Below, piece after piece: positions 10,110 to 20,072 of a stretch of 64,000 nt of DNA. The position numbers and the translations under genes are program-made. The notes beneath the pieces are model-generated. The model was not told where the DNA came from. It ran no database searches and worked only from the letters and a program-made list of their open reading frames with translations. Numbering within the stretch: position 1 is the stretch's first letter; each line of letters begins with the position of its first letter. The stretch is from an uncultured Alphaproteobacteria bacterium (GTDB lineage: Bacteria; Pseudomonadota; Alphaproteobacteria; Rhizobiales; Methyloligellaceae), in assembly GCA_963731875.1 (NCBI GenBank), contig CAVSXL010000005.1, forward strand, positions 176,544 to 240,543, read 5' to 3'.

Positions 10110-11411
10110 ATGGCTGATGGATTAAAGCTCGGACTGGCCGGTATCGGCACTGTCGGCAGCGGCCTGCTGCGGCTCCTAGAGGCACGCCAAAGCACGCTCG
10201 CTGCGCGCGCCGGCAGGCCCATCGAGGTGGTCGCCGTATCGGTGCGCAATAAGCGCAAGAAGCGCGACGCCGATCTATCAGGCCTTCGCTTCGTGCAAGA
10301 CCCGGTCAAGCTTGCCACCGACCCCGAGATCGACGTCTTCGTCGAGCTGATCGGCGGCGAGGAGGGCGTGGCCAAGGAGGCGGTCGAGGCCGCGCTCCGC
10401 GCCGGCAAGCATGTGGTCACGGCCAACAAGGCGCTTCTCGCTCATCATGGCGCGAGCCTTGCCGCGCTGGCCGAGAAGCATGGTGCGGCGCTCAATTTCG
10501 AGGGCGCGGTCGCCGGCGGCATTCCCGTGGTCAAGGTCATCCGCGAAGGCCTGCAAGGCAACGACATTTCCCGCGTCTACGGTATCCTCAACGGCACTTG
10601 CAATTACATCCTGACCCTCATGGAGCAGGAGGGCAGGAGCTTTACCGATGTGCTGAAGGAAGCGCAGGCACAAGGCTATGCCGAGGCCGATCCCACATTT
10701 GACATTGGCGGTTTCGACACCGCCCATAAGCTTGCCTTGCTCACGAGCCTCGCCTTCGGCACCCGTGCCAACTTCGATGCCGTCTATGTGGAAGGCATCG
10801 AGACGATCACACCCGCCGATATCGAGGCGGCCGACGATCTCGGCTACCGCATCAAGCTGCTTGGCGTCGCGCTTCGTACCGACAGCGGCATCGAGCAGCG
10901 GGTGCACCCGACCATGGTGCCGAAAGACACCGCGATCGCCGAGGTCGATGGCGTGTCGAACTGCGTCGCCATCGACGGCGATTTCGTCGGCGACGTCATG
11001 CTGATCGGTCCCGGCGCCGGCGGCGGTCCGACCGCGTCGGCGGTGATGAGCGACATCATAGACATTGCCCGCGGCCACATCCTGCCGCCCTTCGGTATCA
11101 GGGCGAAGGACTTGAAGCCCTATAAGAAAGCTCAGATGCGCGCCCATGAGGGCGGCTATTACATCCGCCTGTCCGTCCACGACCGGACCGGCGCCTTCGC
11201 CGCCATCGCCCAGCGCATGGCCGAGCAGAAGATTTCCATCGAGAGCATCGTCCAACGGCGGCCGCGCAGCAGTACCGGCGACGCCAGGGCGGCTGTCGTG
11301 CTGGTCACCCATAAGACGACGGAAGCTGCGGTCCGCAAGGCGTTGGCGGGTATCGAGCGGGACGCCCATGTCGACGCCAAGCCCCAAATGATCCGCATCG
11401 AAAAACTGTGA
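10110..11411 (+). CDS. hom: Homoserine dehydrogenase with C-terminal ACT domain
   Basis: GIGTVG, VVTANK, GILNGTCNYIL, YAEADPTFD, GPGAGGGPTASAV. Confidence 0.98.
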   Translation: MADGLKLGLAGIGTVGSGLLRLLEARQSTLAARAGRPIEVVAVSVRNKRKKRDADLSGLRFVQDPVKLATDPEIDVFVELIGGEEGVAKEAVEAALRAGKHVVTANKALLAHHGASLAALAEKHGAALNFEGAVAGGIPVVKVIREGLQGNDISRVYGILNGTCNYILTLMEQEGRSFTDVLKEAQAQGYAEADPTFDIGGFDTAHKLALLTSLAFGTRANFDAVYVEGIETITPADIEAADDLGYRIKLLGVALRTDSGIEQRVHPTMVPKDTAIAEVDGVSNCVAIDGDFVGDVMLIGPGAGGGPTASAVMSDIIDIARGHILPPFGIRAKDLKPYKKAQMRAHEGGYYIRLSVHDRTGAFAAIAQRMAEQKISIESIVQRRPRSSTGDARAAVVLVTHKTTEAAVRKALAGIERDAHVDAKPQMIRIEKL

Positions 11412-11474
11412 TACAGAACTCGGTAAGAGAATGACGCGACTTTCGCTCGCGCGGTGAGCTGGGGAGGATCGGAC

Positions 11475-12464
11475 GTGTCAGAGGCTGCGGCCAGGACCGA
11501 GCTCGATCGCGCGCTCGCGTTGGATATCGTCCGCGTCACCGAAGCCACGGCGGTGGCCGCGGCCCGCTGGCGGGGGCGCGGTGACGAGGCGGCTGCCGAC
11601 GAAGCCGCCGCCGCCGCCATGTATCGCGAGATCGCCCGCCTGCCCATCGAGGGCGTTGTGGTTGTGGGCGAGGGCGACGAGGACGAATCCCCAATCCTCT
11701 ACAACGGCGAGACCATCGGCGCCGGATCGTCCGAAGGCGTGACGCTCGATCTCGCCGTCGACCCGGTTGAAGGCGCCACGCTGTGCGCCAAGGCCTTGCC
11801 CAATGCGCTTTCTGTCTTGGCGGTGGCCGAGCGCGGCAGCTTCTTGAAGGTGCCGGTCATCTATATGGAGAAGATCGCAATCGGCCCGGGCTATCCCGAC
11901 AACCTCGTCGACCTCGACGCCACCCCGGCCGATAACCTCGACGCTCTCGCCAAGGCCAAAGGCTGCCCGGTCAGCGAACTCACCGTTTGCATTCTCGACC
12001 GGCCGCGGCACGGCAACCTGATCGAGGAGGTGCGCGCTGCGGGCGCGGCGCTTCGCCTGATCAGCGACGGCGACATCGCCGGCGTGGTCCATGTGGCGGA
12101 GCCACGGGAGACCGGTATCGACATGTACATGGGCGTTGGCGGAGCGCCGGAGGGCGTGCTTGCCGCCGCCACGCTCGCCTGTATCGGCGGACAGATGCAA
12201 GGCAGGCTGGTCGCCCTGAACCAGGAGCACCGCGCCCGCGCCCGGGCTGCCGGCATTTCCGATCTCAACCGCAAATATGTCATCACGGACATGGTGTCCG
12301 GCGATCTCAGCTTCGCCGCCACCGGCATCACCGACGGCTCGCTCCTGGAAGGGGTGCGCTTCACCAAGGACGCCGTATTCACCCATTCGGTCGTGATGCG
12401 CGCCTCGACCAGGACCGTGCGCTGGATCAGGACCGAGCATCCCGACATCGGCAAGTTCGGCTGA
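11475..12464 (+). CDS. glpX: Class II fructose-1,6-bisphosphatase family protein with atypical active-site motif
   Basis: VRVTEA, GEG, DRPRH, DGD, GGAPEGV, AATGITDG; DPxEGT motif reads DPVEGA. Confidence 0.9.
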   Translation: MSEAAARTELDRALALDIVRVTEATAVAAARWRGRGDEAAADEAAAAAMYREIARLPIEGVVVVGEGDEDESPILYNGETIGAGSSEGVTLDLAVDPVEGATLCAKALPNALSVLAVAERGSFLKVPVIYMEKIAIGPGYPDNLVDLDATPADNLDALAKAKGCPVSELTVCILDRPRHGNLIEEVRAAGAALRLISDGDIAGVVHVAEPRETGIDMYMGVGGAPEGVLAAATLACIGGQMQGRLVALNQEHRARARAAGISDLNRKYVITDMVSGDLSFAATGITDGSLLEGVRFTKDAVFTHSVVMRASTRTVRWIRTEHPDIGKFG

Positions 12465-12530
12465 CGGGGGTCCCTCGGCGAATCAGTTACACTGACCGTT
12501 CTCTCTCAGGACGGAAGCGAGTGTGACGGC

Positions 12531-14369
12531 GTGACAGCGGCATTGAAATACGACGAAAAGGATGCCGGGCCGGCTTTGCTTGGGGTGGAGTGTTCCGCGC
12601 GCGGGCGCCGCTGGGTCGAGCGTCTCGATCCTGGGCGCAACCTTGCCGCCGCGGCCATCGCCCAAGCTCATGGCCTGCCGGAGTTGCTCGGGCGGGTGCT
12701 CGCGGCCCGCGGCGCCGAACTCCACACCGTCGAGCGCCATCTCGACCCCTCTTTGCGCACATTGCTTCCCGACCCGGCGCGCCTGCAAGACATGGAGCGC
12801 GCCGCTGCGCGTTTCGCGGCGGCGATCCGCGCGGGCGAGGCCGTCGCCGTGTTCGGCGATTACGACGTGGATGGCGCGGCCTGCGTGGCCCTCATCGAGC
12901 GCTTCCTGCGGGCCCATGGACAGCCCTGCGCCACCTACATTCCAGACCGCCTGAAAGAGGGCTACGGACCCTCTCCAGGGGCGCTCACCGGCCTTGTGGA
13001 GGAGGGAGCACGTCTGATCATCACCGTCGATTGCGGCACCACCTCCACTCCCGCCATCGCCGCCGCCAATGCGGCCGGCGCGCAAGTCATCGTCATCGAC
13101 CACCATCAGGCCGACGAGGTGCTGCCGGAGGCCTTTGCGGTCATCAACCCCAACCGGCAGGACGATCTGTCGGGGCAAGGCCATCTGGCCGCCGCGGGCG
13201 TCGTGTTTCTGTTTCTCGTCGCAACGGTCGCGGTGCTGCGCCGGGAGGGCGCTTACCAAGGCGGCGCTGAGCCCGACCTTCTTGGCCTGCTCGACATGGT
13301 GGCGCTCGCGACTGTCTGCGATGTGGTGCCCCTCCATGGCGTCAACCGGGCCTTCGTAACCCAAGGGCTCAAAGTGCTCCGGCTCCGGCACAATGCCGGC
13401 CTTCGCGCGCTCGCCGACGCAGCTAGGCTCGACGAAACGCCGACGCCTTACAGCCTCGGCTTCATCCTCGGGCCCCGCATCAATGCCGGCGGCAGGGTCG
13501 GCGCATCGAGCCTCGGCGCGAAGCTCCTCGCTTGCGACGACGAGGTCGAAGCCCGCGCCATCGCCGCCAAGCTCGAAGCGCTCAATGCCGAACGCAAGGC
13601 CATCGAGCAAGTCATGCTGGAGGACGCCTTCGCGCGCGCCGAGGCCGACATCGACGCCACGCCCGACCTGCCTCTGATCTTTCTCGGCGCCGAAGGGTGG
13701 CACAAGGGCCTCATAGGCCTGATCGCCGGCCGCATCGCCGACCGCTTTCACCGCCCGACCTTCGTCATGGCCTTCGAGGCGGACGGCACCGCGACGGGAT
13801 CGGCACGTTCGCTGCCGTCCGTGGATCTCGGCGCCGCGGTCCGGGCGGCGGTGCAGGAGGGGGTATTCCTCAAAGGCGGCGGACACGCGATGGCCGCCGG
13901 CTTCACGCTGCACCGGCCGAAATACGACGCCGCACGCGCGTTTCTGGAAAGCCGCTTGGCGCCAGCCGTCGCGCAAGCCTCCGCGCGCCGCGAGCTCGCC
14001 ATCGATGGGGCGCTGTCGGCCCGTGGCGCGACCCTCGAGCTGATCGATCTGCTCGAGCGCGCCGGTCCCTATGGCTCAGACTACCCGCAGCCGCGCTTCG
14101 TGTTCCCCGCCCATCGCGTGACCCGCCTTCGCAGCATCGGTCAGGACCAAGCCCATCTTCGCTGCACGCTGCTGGCCGCCGATGGCGGGCGCATCGAGGC
14201 CTGCGCCTTCCGCGTCGCCGGCACGCCGCTCGGCGACCTCTTCGCCAAAGGCGAGGGGACGACGCTGCATGTGGCCGGGCATCTGCGCCGTTCGGTCTGG
14301 CAGGGCCGCGAGAGCGTCGAGCTGATCATCGAGGATGCCGCCGACCCGGGCGGGAGCGGGGGCGTTTAA
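12531..14369 (+). CDS. recJ: Single-stranded-DNA exonuclease RecJ
   Basis: DHH/DHHA1 motifs DYDVDG, DCG, DHH, GPRINAGGR, GGGHAMAAG. Confidence 0.97.
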   Translation: MTAALKYDEKDAGPALLGVECSARGRRWVERLDPGRNLAAAAIAQAHGLPELLGRVLAARGAELHTVERHLDPSLRTLLPDPARLQDMERAAARFAAAIRAGEAVAVFGDYDVDGAACVALIERFLRAHGQPCATYIPDRLKEGYGPSPGALTGLVEEGARLIITVDCGTTSTPAIAAANAAGAQVIVIDHHQADEVLPEAFAVINPNRQDDLSGQGHLAAAGVVFLFLVATVAVLRREGAYQGGAEPDLLGLLDMVALATVCDVVPLHGVNRAFVTQGLKVLRLRHNAGLRALADAARLDETPTPYSLGFILGPRINAGGRVGASSLGAKLLACDDEVEARAIAAKLEALNAERKAIEQVMLEDAFARAEADIDATPDLPLIFLGAEGWHKGLIGLIAGRIADRFHRPTFVMAFEADGTATGSARSLPSVDLGAAVRAAVQEGVFLKGGGHAMAAGFTLHRPKYDAARAFLESRLAPAVAQASARRELAIDGALSARGATLELIDLLERAGPYGSDYPQPRFVFPAHRVTRLRSIGQDQAHLRCTLLAADGGRIEACAFRVAGTPLGDLFAKGEGTTLHVAGHLRRSVWQGRESVELIIEDAADPGGSGGV

Positions 14370-14378
14370 CCGCCGTTC

Positions 14379-14407
14379 TTGCGGGCGCGCGCAAAGCTTT
14401 CTATATG
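14379..14407 (+). promoter_or_regulatory. Putative sigma70 promoter of tRNA-Glu
   Basis: TTGCGG-N17-TATATG about 20 nt before the tRNA. Confidence 0.5.
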
Positions 14408-14426
14408 ACGGGGCTCGAACCGGTAC

Positions 14427-14501
14427 GCCCCCTTCGTCTAATGGTTAGGACGCCAGGTTTTCAACCTGGAAACAGGGGTTCAATTCCCCTAGGGGGTACC
14501 A
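14427..14501 (+). tRNA. tRNA-Glu (TTC)
   Basis: Acceptor GCCCCCT/AGGGGGT, anticodon stem CCAGG/CCTGG with loop TT-TTC-AA, TTCAATT T-loop, encoded CCA. Confidence 0.96.
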
Positions 14502-14502
14502 C

Positions 14503-14530
14503 GCCGAGCGGGCATCAGCCGCCCCTCGGC
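14503..14530. terminator. GC-rich hairpin between convergent tRNA-Glu and gloA
   Basis: GCCGAG-CGGGC...GCCC-CTCGGC imperfect stem; no U-tract. Confidence 0.4.
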
Positions 14531-14535
14531 AGCCG

Positions 14536-14955
14536 CTACCACTTCCCCGTATTTTCCATCGACGCCCAGGGCTCCTGCTTCGGCTTCGGTCCGCCCTTCT
14601 GCAACAGCTCGATCGAGATGTTGTCCGGCGAGCGGATGAAGGCCATGTAGCCGTCCCGCGGGGGGCGGTTGATGGTGACGCCGCCTTTCATCAGGCGGTC
14701 GCAGGTGGCGTAGATGTCCTCCACCTCGAAGGCGAGGTGGCCGAAATTGCGACCCTCGCCATAGGCTTCCGGATCCCAGTTGTAGGTGAGTTCGACCTCG
14801 GTGTGATCGTCGCCGGGCGCGGCCAGATAGATGAGGGTGAAGCGGCCTTGCTCGCTCTCCATGCGGCGGGTCTCTTTCAGACCGAGCTTGTTGCAATAGA
14901 AGTCGAGCGACTTATCGACATCGGAAACGCGCACCATCGTGTGGAGGTACTTCAT
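14536..14955 (-). CDS. gloA: Lactoylglutathione lyase (glyoxalase I, VOC family)
   Basis: [27 protein letters not shown]; short bacterial Ni/Co-type architecture. Confidence 0.9.
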   Translation of the reverse strand: MKYLHTMVRVSDVDKSLDFYCNKLGLKETRRMESEQGRFTLIYLAAPGDDHTEVELTYNWDPEAYGEGRNFGHLAFEVEDIYATCDRLMKGGVTINRPPRDGYMAFIRSPDNISIELLQKGGPKPKQEPWASMENTGKW

Positions 14956-15417
14956 CGAAGGATCGTCTCCTCGTGCTGTGGTTCGGAACTGGCCCGGACC
15001 CTAAAGCGGAGCGCGCGGGCGTGGCAAGCGTGACGCACGTGCTGTCGAATGTGTGACCAAAATGCAAATTGGCTTGGGATTGTTGCACGGCGTCCACAGT
15101 GGCGCAAAAGCGACTCCGAACAGGAATTTGCTCGCTACCAGAAACATTTGCACTGTCGTCATCGAGATTCCGCAGCCGTCATCGGCGCGCGGGGCACGGA
15201 TCGAAATGCGCCGAGTTTTGGTTGCCAATCAGGCGGTTGTGAGCCTCTTTGCTCAGCCATTACGAACTCGACTGCGTATTGTGGAGAAGCGATCGCGCTT
15301 GGGAAAATTCCACTAGCCACCTAAGGCGGCAATGCTATGTTCGAAAGAGAGTGTTCCAGTCGATTCGTTATGTGGGGCGTCGGATCGGCTGATGGAAGTT
15401 AAGCGGGGGAATGCGGC

Positions 15418-15990
15418 ATGGGGGCGAAGGAACCGCCACATCTAGAGGAACATACCCAACGCGACGAGGATGCCACAGTCGATGTGTTCGAGGTTTCAGG
15501 GTCGATAAAGTGGTTCGATGCGTCCAAGGGTTATGGTTTTATTGTACCGGACGAAGACCTTCCCGACGTTCTCCTGCATGTGACTTGTCTTCGGCGCGAC
15601 GGTCATCAGACCGCCTACGAAGGTTCGCGAGTCGTGTGCGAGGTGCTGCGCCGGCCCAAGGGGTTGCAGGCGTTCCGCATCCTCGAGATGGACGACACCA
15701 CGGCGATTCATCCCTCGCAGTTGCCGCAGCGGACCCACGTCATCGTGATCCCGGAAAGCGACTGGGAGCGGGCGATGGTGAAGTGGTTCAATCGTCTCCG
15801 CGGCTTTGGCTTCTTGACGCGTGGACCGTCGACGCTCGACATCTTCGTGCATATGGAGACGCTTCGCCGTTGCGGCTTTACCGAGCTCAGGCCGGGGCAG
15901 TCGCTGCTGGTCCGCTATGGCCGGGGTTCAAAAGGGCTCATGGCGGCCGAACTCAAGCCCGACGGTGCGAACGGACCGGCCTCTCACTGA
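15418..15990 (+). CDS. Cold-shock protein with two CSD domains
   Basis: [12 protein letters not shown]...VLLH and [12 protein letters not shown]...IFVH. Confidence 0.93.
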   Translation: MGAKEPPHLEEHTQRDEDATVDVFEVSGSIKWFDASKGYGFIVPDEDLPDVLLHVTCLRRDGHQTAYEGSRVVCEVLRRPKGLQAFRILEMDDTTAIHPSQLPQRTHVIVIPESDWERAMVKWFNRLRGFGFLTRGPSTLDIFVHMETLRRCGFTELRPGQSLLVRYGRGSKGLMAAELKPDGANGPASH

Positions 15991-16472
15991 CATCGCGAGC
16001 TTCACTCAAGCACATCGCCGGCGCGTGGCTCACGACCCTTGCGCTGCTGATGCCGTCTGCGGTCATGGCCGCCACCACAGGCACGCTTGTGCTTAAAACC
16101 GATAGCGGCGAGCACCGCTACAACGTGGAGGTGGCGACAACCGACAGCGAGCGGGCGCTGGGGCTCATGTTCCGCCGGAACTTACCAGAGTCGGCCGGCA
16201 TGCTCTTCATCTACGAGCCACCGCAGCGCGTCGGCATGTGGATGCGCAATACCTTCATCCCACTCGACATGGTTTTCATCTCGGCGGACGGACGCGTCCA
16301 TCGCATCCAACCCAATACCGAGCCCTTCTCCACCGATCTGATCCCATCGGGCGGCGCGGTGGGTGGGGTGCTGGAGCTGAACGCCGGACAGGCCGACAAG
16401 ATCGGGCTCAAGCGGGGGGATCGCGTGGTCTATCCCGGGTTTGGCGACGGGGCCGAGCCTGAAAGCCGATGA
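15987..16472 (+). CDS. DUF192 family exported protein
   Basis: VEVA...[33 protein letters not shown]; start uncertain (CTG 15987 gives a full signal peptide, first ATG is 16050). Confidence 0.85.
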   Translation: MTSRASLKHIAGAWLTTLALLMPSAVMAATTGTLVLKTDSGEHRYNVEVATTDSERALGLMFRRNLPESAGMLFIYEPPQRVGMWMRNTFIPLDMVFISADGRVHRIQPNTEPFSTDLIPSGGAVGGVLELNAGQADKIGLKRGDRVVYPGFGDGAEPESR

Positions 16473-16584
16473 CGCGGCTTTAACGCCTTGGCACTAGCCT
16501 GAGGCGGCCAGGGCAATTATGTATGTCTTCGCATGGCTGTTCCGGGTCTGCCCGAATGCCTCAGCCATTGGCCAACGATTGATT

Positions 16585-16661
<77 letters not shown>

Positions 16662-16693
16662 TTCGTATTTCGGCCAAACGGAGAGAGAACGAA

Positions 16694-16999
16694 ATGCAGG
16701 CCCGCATCTACAAGCCCGCCCAGAACGCAATGCAGCAGGGCAAAGCCGCCTCGCGTGATTGGGTCCTGGAATATTTGCCCGATCTGCCGCGCGTGATCGA
16801 GCCCTTGATGGGCTGGACGAGCTCGGGCGATACGAGACGTCAGGTGCGCATAAATTTTGCCACCAAAGAGGAAGCGATCGCCTTTGCCACCGACAACGGT
16901 ATCGCCTTCCGTCTGGAGGAGCCGAACCCAACCAAGCTCCGGCCCAAATCCTATGCTGAGAACTTCAAGTTCGGCCGGCCCGATCGCTGGACGCACTGA
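16694..16999 (+). CDS. ETC complex I subunit, NDUFS4-like accessory protein
   Basis: ARIYKPA...MQQG, W.LE, EPLMGWTSS, F.TKEEAI.FA, KSYAENF. Confidence 0.93.
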   Translation: MQARIYKPAQNAMQQGKAASRDWVLEYLPDLPRVIEPLMGWTSSGDTRRQVRINFATKEEAIAFATDNGIAFRLEEPNPTKLRPKSYAENFKFGRPDRWTH

Positions 17000-17036
17000 A
17001 AGTCATCGTTTCGGCCTATACTGCCGTCAGAAGAGT

Positions 17037-17112
17037 GGTCCCGTAGCTCAAGGGATAGAGCATCTGCCTTCTAAGCAGAGGGTTGCAGGTTCGAATCCTG
17101 CCGGGATCGCCA
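17037..17112 (+). tRNA. tRNA-Arg (TCT)
   Basis: Acceptor GGTCCCG/CGGGATC, anticodon loop CT-TCT-AA, TTCGAAT, CCA. Confidence 0.96.
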
Positions 17113-17155
17113 TCTCGCTTCTTGGGAGCTAGCCCGTTTTTCAGCAGGGGGACCT

Positions 17156-18049
17156 ATGCGTCTGCTTCTCAGCCTCGTCCTGACCGTGATCCTTGCCGGC
17201 ACAGCCGCGGCCGCCGAGCCGAAGCTGCTCTGGGAAGCCAAGGGTTTGGCTCAGCCGGAATTTGTCGTCTACGACCCGGTCACCAACGTCTTCTATGTCA
17301 GCAACATCAACGGCGCCGTCATGCAGAAGGATGGCAATGGCTTCATCACGCGGATCAAGCCAGATGGCACGATCCTCGAGCGCAGCTGGGTCAAGGGGCT
17401 GAACGCGCCCACGGGCCTCGCCCTGCGCGACCGCACGCTCTATGTCGCCGACGTGGATGAACTGGTCGAGATCAACGCCGCCTCGGGAAACGTCGCCAAA
17501 CGCCATAAGGCGAAGGGCGCGATTTTTCTCAACGACGTCGCCATCGCCGAGGATGGCACGGTCTATGCCTCCGACACCCCCATGAACACGATCTGGCGGC
17601 TGAAGGACGGGACGTTCGAACCCTGGCTCGCCAATGACGACTTGAACGGGCCGAATGGGCTAATCGTGCAAGGCGATAAACTCATCGTCGCCTCTTTCGG
17701 CCGGATGCCGGGCGAGGGACAGAAGCAAGAGCTCGCGGGGTTGCTTGCCGTGAACCTTGAGGACCAGACAATCGAGCCTCTGGGGAAGGGGGAGCCGGTT
17801 GGCAATCTCGATGGGCTCGAGCCGCTCGAGGCAGGCGTCTACCTCGTCACCGATTGGGCCTCCGGCGCGCTCTATCGCATCAACTCCAAAGGCAAAGTGG
17901 ATCTCTTGATCGACCTCAATCAGGGGAGCGCCGACCTGACCTTCTTTCCGCAGACGAAAACGGTCTTGATCCCGATGATGCTGGACAACACGCTCGCCGC
18001 CTACCGCTTAAGCGAGCCGGCGCCCCAGACGAAGAAGAAGGCCAAGTAG
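17156..18049 (+). CDS. Secreted SMP-30/gluconolactonase-like beta-propeller protein
   Basis: Signal peptide, YVSNING, GLNAPTG, FLNDVA, PNGL, LDGL, SAD repeats. Confidence 0.85.
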   Translation: MRLLLSLVLTVILAGTAAAAEPKLLWEAKGLAQPEFVVYDPVTNVFYVSNINGAVMQKDGNGFITRIKPDGTILERSWVKGLNAPTGLALRDRTLYVADVDELVEINAASGNVAKRHKAKGAIFLNDVAIAEDGTVYASDTPMNTIWRLKDGTFEPWLANDDLNGPNGLIVQGDKLIVASFGRMPGEGQKQELAGLLAVNLEDQTIEPLGKGEPVGNLDGLEPLEAGVYLVTDWASGALYRINSKGKVDLLIDLNQGSADLTFFPQTKTVLIPMMLDNTLAAYRLSEPAPQTKKKAK

Positions 18050-18196
18050 CCCGGTTGGCTGCGGCGCTTTCCGCCATTGGCGAGACGCCGACAGTCATCA
18101 TATTAGCCGTGGCCGAATCCGGCCCGCACACCAACCCAGAATAACCGGTCGGTCGGCGTACGGGATGCTTCCGTTCGATTTGACAGGAGTCCTCAT

Positions 18197-19249
18197 TTGA
18201 TTTCCGCCCTCGCGCAACTGCCCATCGTCCTCAACCTCACCGTCTTCGTTTTGGCAGCGTTAGGCGTATGGTTCGCCGGGAGCAGGCTGGCTATCTATGC
18301 AGACGCCATCGCCGATCGGAAACGCATTGGCCAGGCCTTTATGGGGCTCGTGTTTGTCGCCGCCGCGACCTCGCTGCCGGAGATGGTGACGACACTTTAC
18401 GGTGCGCTCGCCGGCGAAGCTGAGCTCGTGCTCGGCAATATGTTCGGCGGCATCACCATGCAGACGGCGGTCCTCGCGCTGGCCGACGTTTCCTTCGCCG
18501 CCGTCGCATTGACATCCTATCCGCGCGGACCGGCCTCGGCGCTCGAAGCAACCCTGCTCATCGCCCTGCTTGCCCTACTGCTCGGACTTCATGCCGTGGG
18601 TGAGTTCTCGCTGCCGTTCGGCGTCGGTCTCGGCACGCTGTTTCTCGGCCTTGCCTATGTCGGCATCGTTGTCATGCTGCGGGAATACGACAGGAACGCG
18701 CCTTGGGTCCCCGTCGAGGTGCCCGAGACGCCGGAGCCTTTGATCGGGGACGTGGTGCCGAAGGAACTTGACCAGAAGCCGTTCCCTTCGCTGGTCTGGG
18801 GCTTCGCCATGCTCAGCCTCGTGATCCTCATCTGTGCGTTGGGACTGACGGCAAGTGCCGCGGCCATCTCCGAGCAGACGGGGTTGGGCTCGAGCTTCAT
18901 CGGGGTCACGCTTCTGGCGAGCGCGACCTCGCTACCCGAGGTGAGCACGACCCTGGCCGCCGTGCGGATCGGCGCGCACAGCATGGCAATCTCGAATATC
19001 TTCGGCAGCAATCTTCTGATGGTGGCGCTCGTGCTGCCGGCGGATCTCGCCTATAGCGGCGCCCCGATCCTCGGCGCCATCGATCAAGCGACGGCCTTCG
19101 CGCTCATTTCAGGGGTTCTCGTCACCGCGATCTATCTCGCCGGACTCTTGATCCGATCACGCCGTACCATTTTCGGTATGGGTATCAACTCAGCGCTCGT
19201 GCTCGTCGTTTACGCCATAACGCTCGCGGTGTTCTATCACTTTAGCTAG
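18197..19249 (+). CDS. Sodium:calcium antiporter (CaCA family, YrbG-like)
   Basis: Two alpha repeats ATSLPE...GNMFGG and ATSLPE...SNIFGSN; about 10 TM; AGGAG SD before TTG. Confidence 0.9.
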   Translation: MISALAQLPIVLNLTVFVLAALGVWFAGSRLAIYADAIADRKRIGQAFMGLVFVAAATSLPEMVTTLYGALAGEAELVLGNMFGGITMQTAVLALADVSFAAVALTSYPRGPASALEATLLIALLALLLGLHAVGEFSLPFGVGLGTLFLGLAYVGIVVMLREYDRNAPWVPVEVPETPEPLIGDVVPKELDQKPFPSLVWGFAMLSLVILICALGLTASAAAISEQTGLGSSFIGVTLLASATSLPEVSTTLAAVRIGAHSMAISNIFGSNLLMVALVLPADLAYSGAPILGAIDQATAFALISGVLVTAIYLAGLLIRSRRTIFGMGINSALVLVVYAITLAVFYHFS

Positions 19250-19253
19250 GACG

Positions 19254-20042
19254 CTAGAGGATGCTCCGCACCACGCCGCCATCGACACGCATCGACGCGC
19301 CGGTGATCGCCGAGGATCCTTCGCCGCACAAGAACACGACGAGGTTGGCGACCTCCTCGGTCTCGGCAAAGCGGCCGATCAGAGAAGACGGCCGCATGGT
19401 CTTGACGAAGTCCTTCTCGAACGTGGACTGGTCGACGTCCTGGTCGGTCGCCAGCTTCTCCACGAACTCGACGACGCCCTCCGAACGCGTCGGCCCCGGC
19501 AGGACGGCGTTTGCCGTCACCCCGGTGCCGGCCACGCTTTCGGCGATGCCGCGGGACAAAGCGAGCTGCGCCGTTTTGGTCACGCCATAATGCACCATCT
19601 CCTGGGGGGTCTGTACGCCGGACTCGCTGGAGATGAAGATGATGCGGCCCCAGTCGCGCGCCAGCATGCCCGGCAACAGCGCTCGGCTTAGCCGCACGCC
19701 GCTCATGACGTTGATGTCAAAAATCTCTTGCCACTGCGCGTCTGTGATCTCGACGAACGGAACGGGTGCGAAGATGCCCACATTGTTTACGAGGATGTCG
19801 ACTTTGCCGGCCGCCTCGACGAGGGATGTGGCCCCCTCGGCGGTGCCAAGGTCGGCTGCGATGCCGGCAGCGCGCCGGCCGTCCTGTGCAAGGGCCTGAA
19901 CCGCCTTGGCCACGCGCTCTTCGCTGCGGCCGTTGACGATGACCTCGGCGCCCTCTCGCGCCAGCCCCTCGGCTATGGCAAAGCCAATTCCGACCGTCGA
20001 TCCAGTGACAAGCGCGCGTTTGCCGTCGAGCCTCAAATCCAT
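19254..20042 (-). CDS. Short-chain dehydrogenase/reductase
   Basis: TGSTVGIG, NNVG, YGVTK, PGPT, VDGG. Confidence 0.93.
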   Translation of the reverse strand: MDLRLDGKRALVTGSTVGIGFAIAEGLAREGAEVIVNGRSEERVAKAVQALAQDGRRAAGIAADLGTAEGATSLVEAAGKVDILVNNVGIFAPVPFVEITDAQWQEIFDINVMSGVRLSRALLPGMLARDWGRIIFISSESGVQTPQEMVHYGVTKTAQLALSRGIAESVAGTGVTANAVLPGPTRSEGVVEFVEKLATDQDVDQSTFEKDFVKTMRPSSLIGRFAETEEVANLVVFLCGEGSSAITGASMRVDGGVVRSIL

Positions 20043-20072
20043 GGATGCCTCGTATGCGGGTCGTTGCTGGAG

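Noticed and set aside
15049-15324. Short ORFs (75-91 aa) in the gloA-csp gap
   Set aside because: No SD, no protein-like pattern, overlapping in several frames
18050-18196. Possible yybP-ykoY or other metal riboswitch before the Na/Ca antiporter (GGCGAGAC and GTCATCAT seen)
   Set aside because: Motifs are in the wrong order and the 5' GGGGAGTA element is missing; cmscan would settle it
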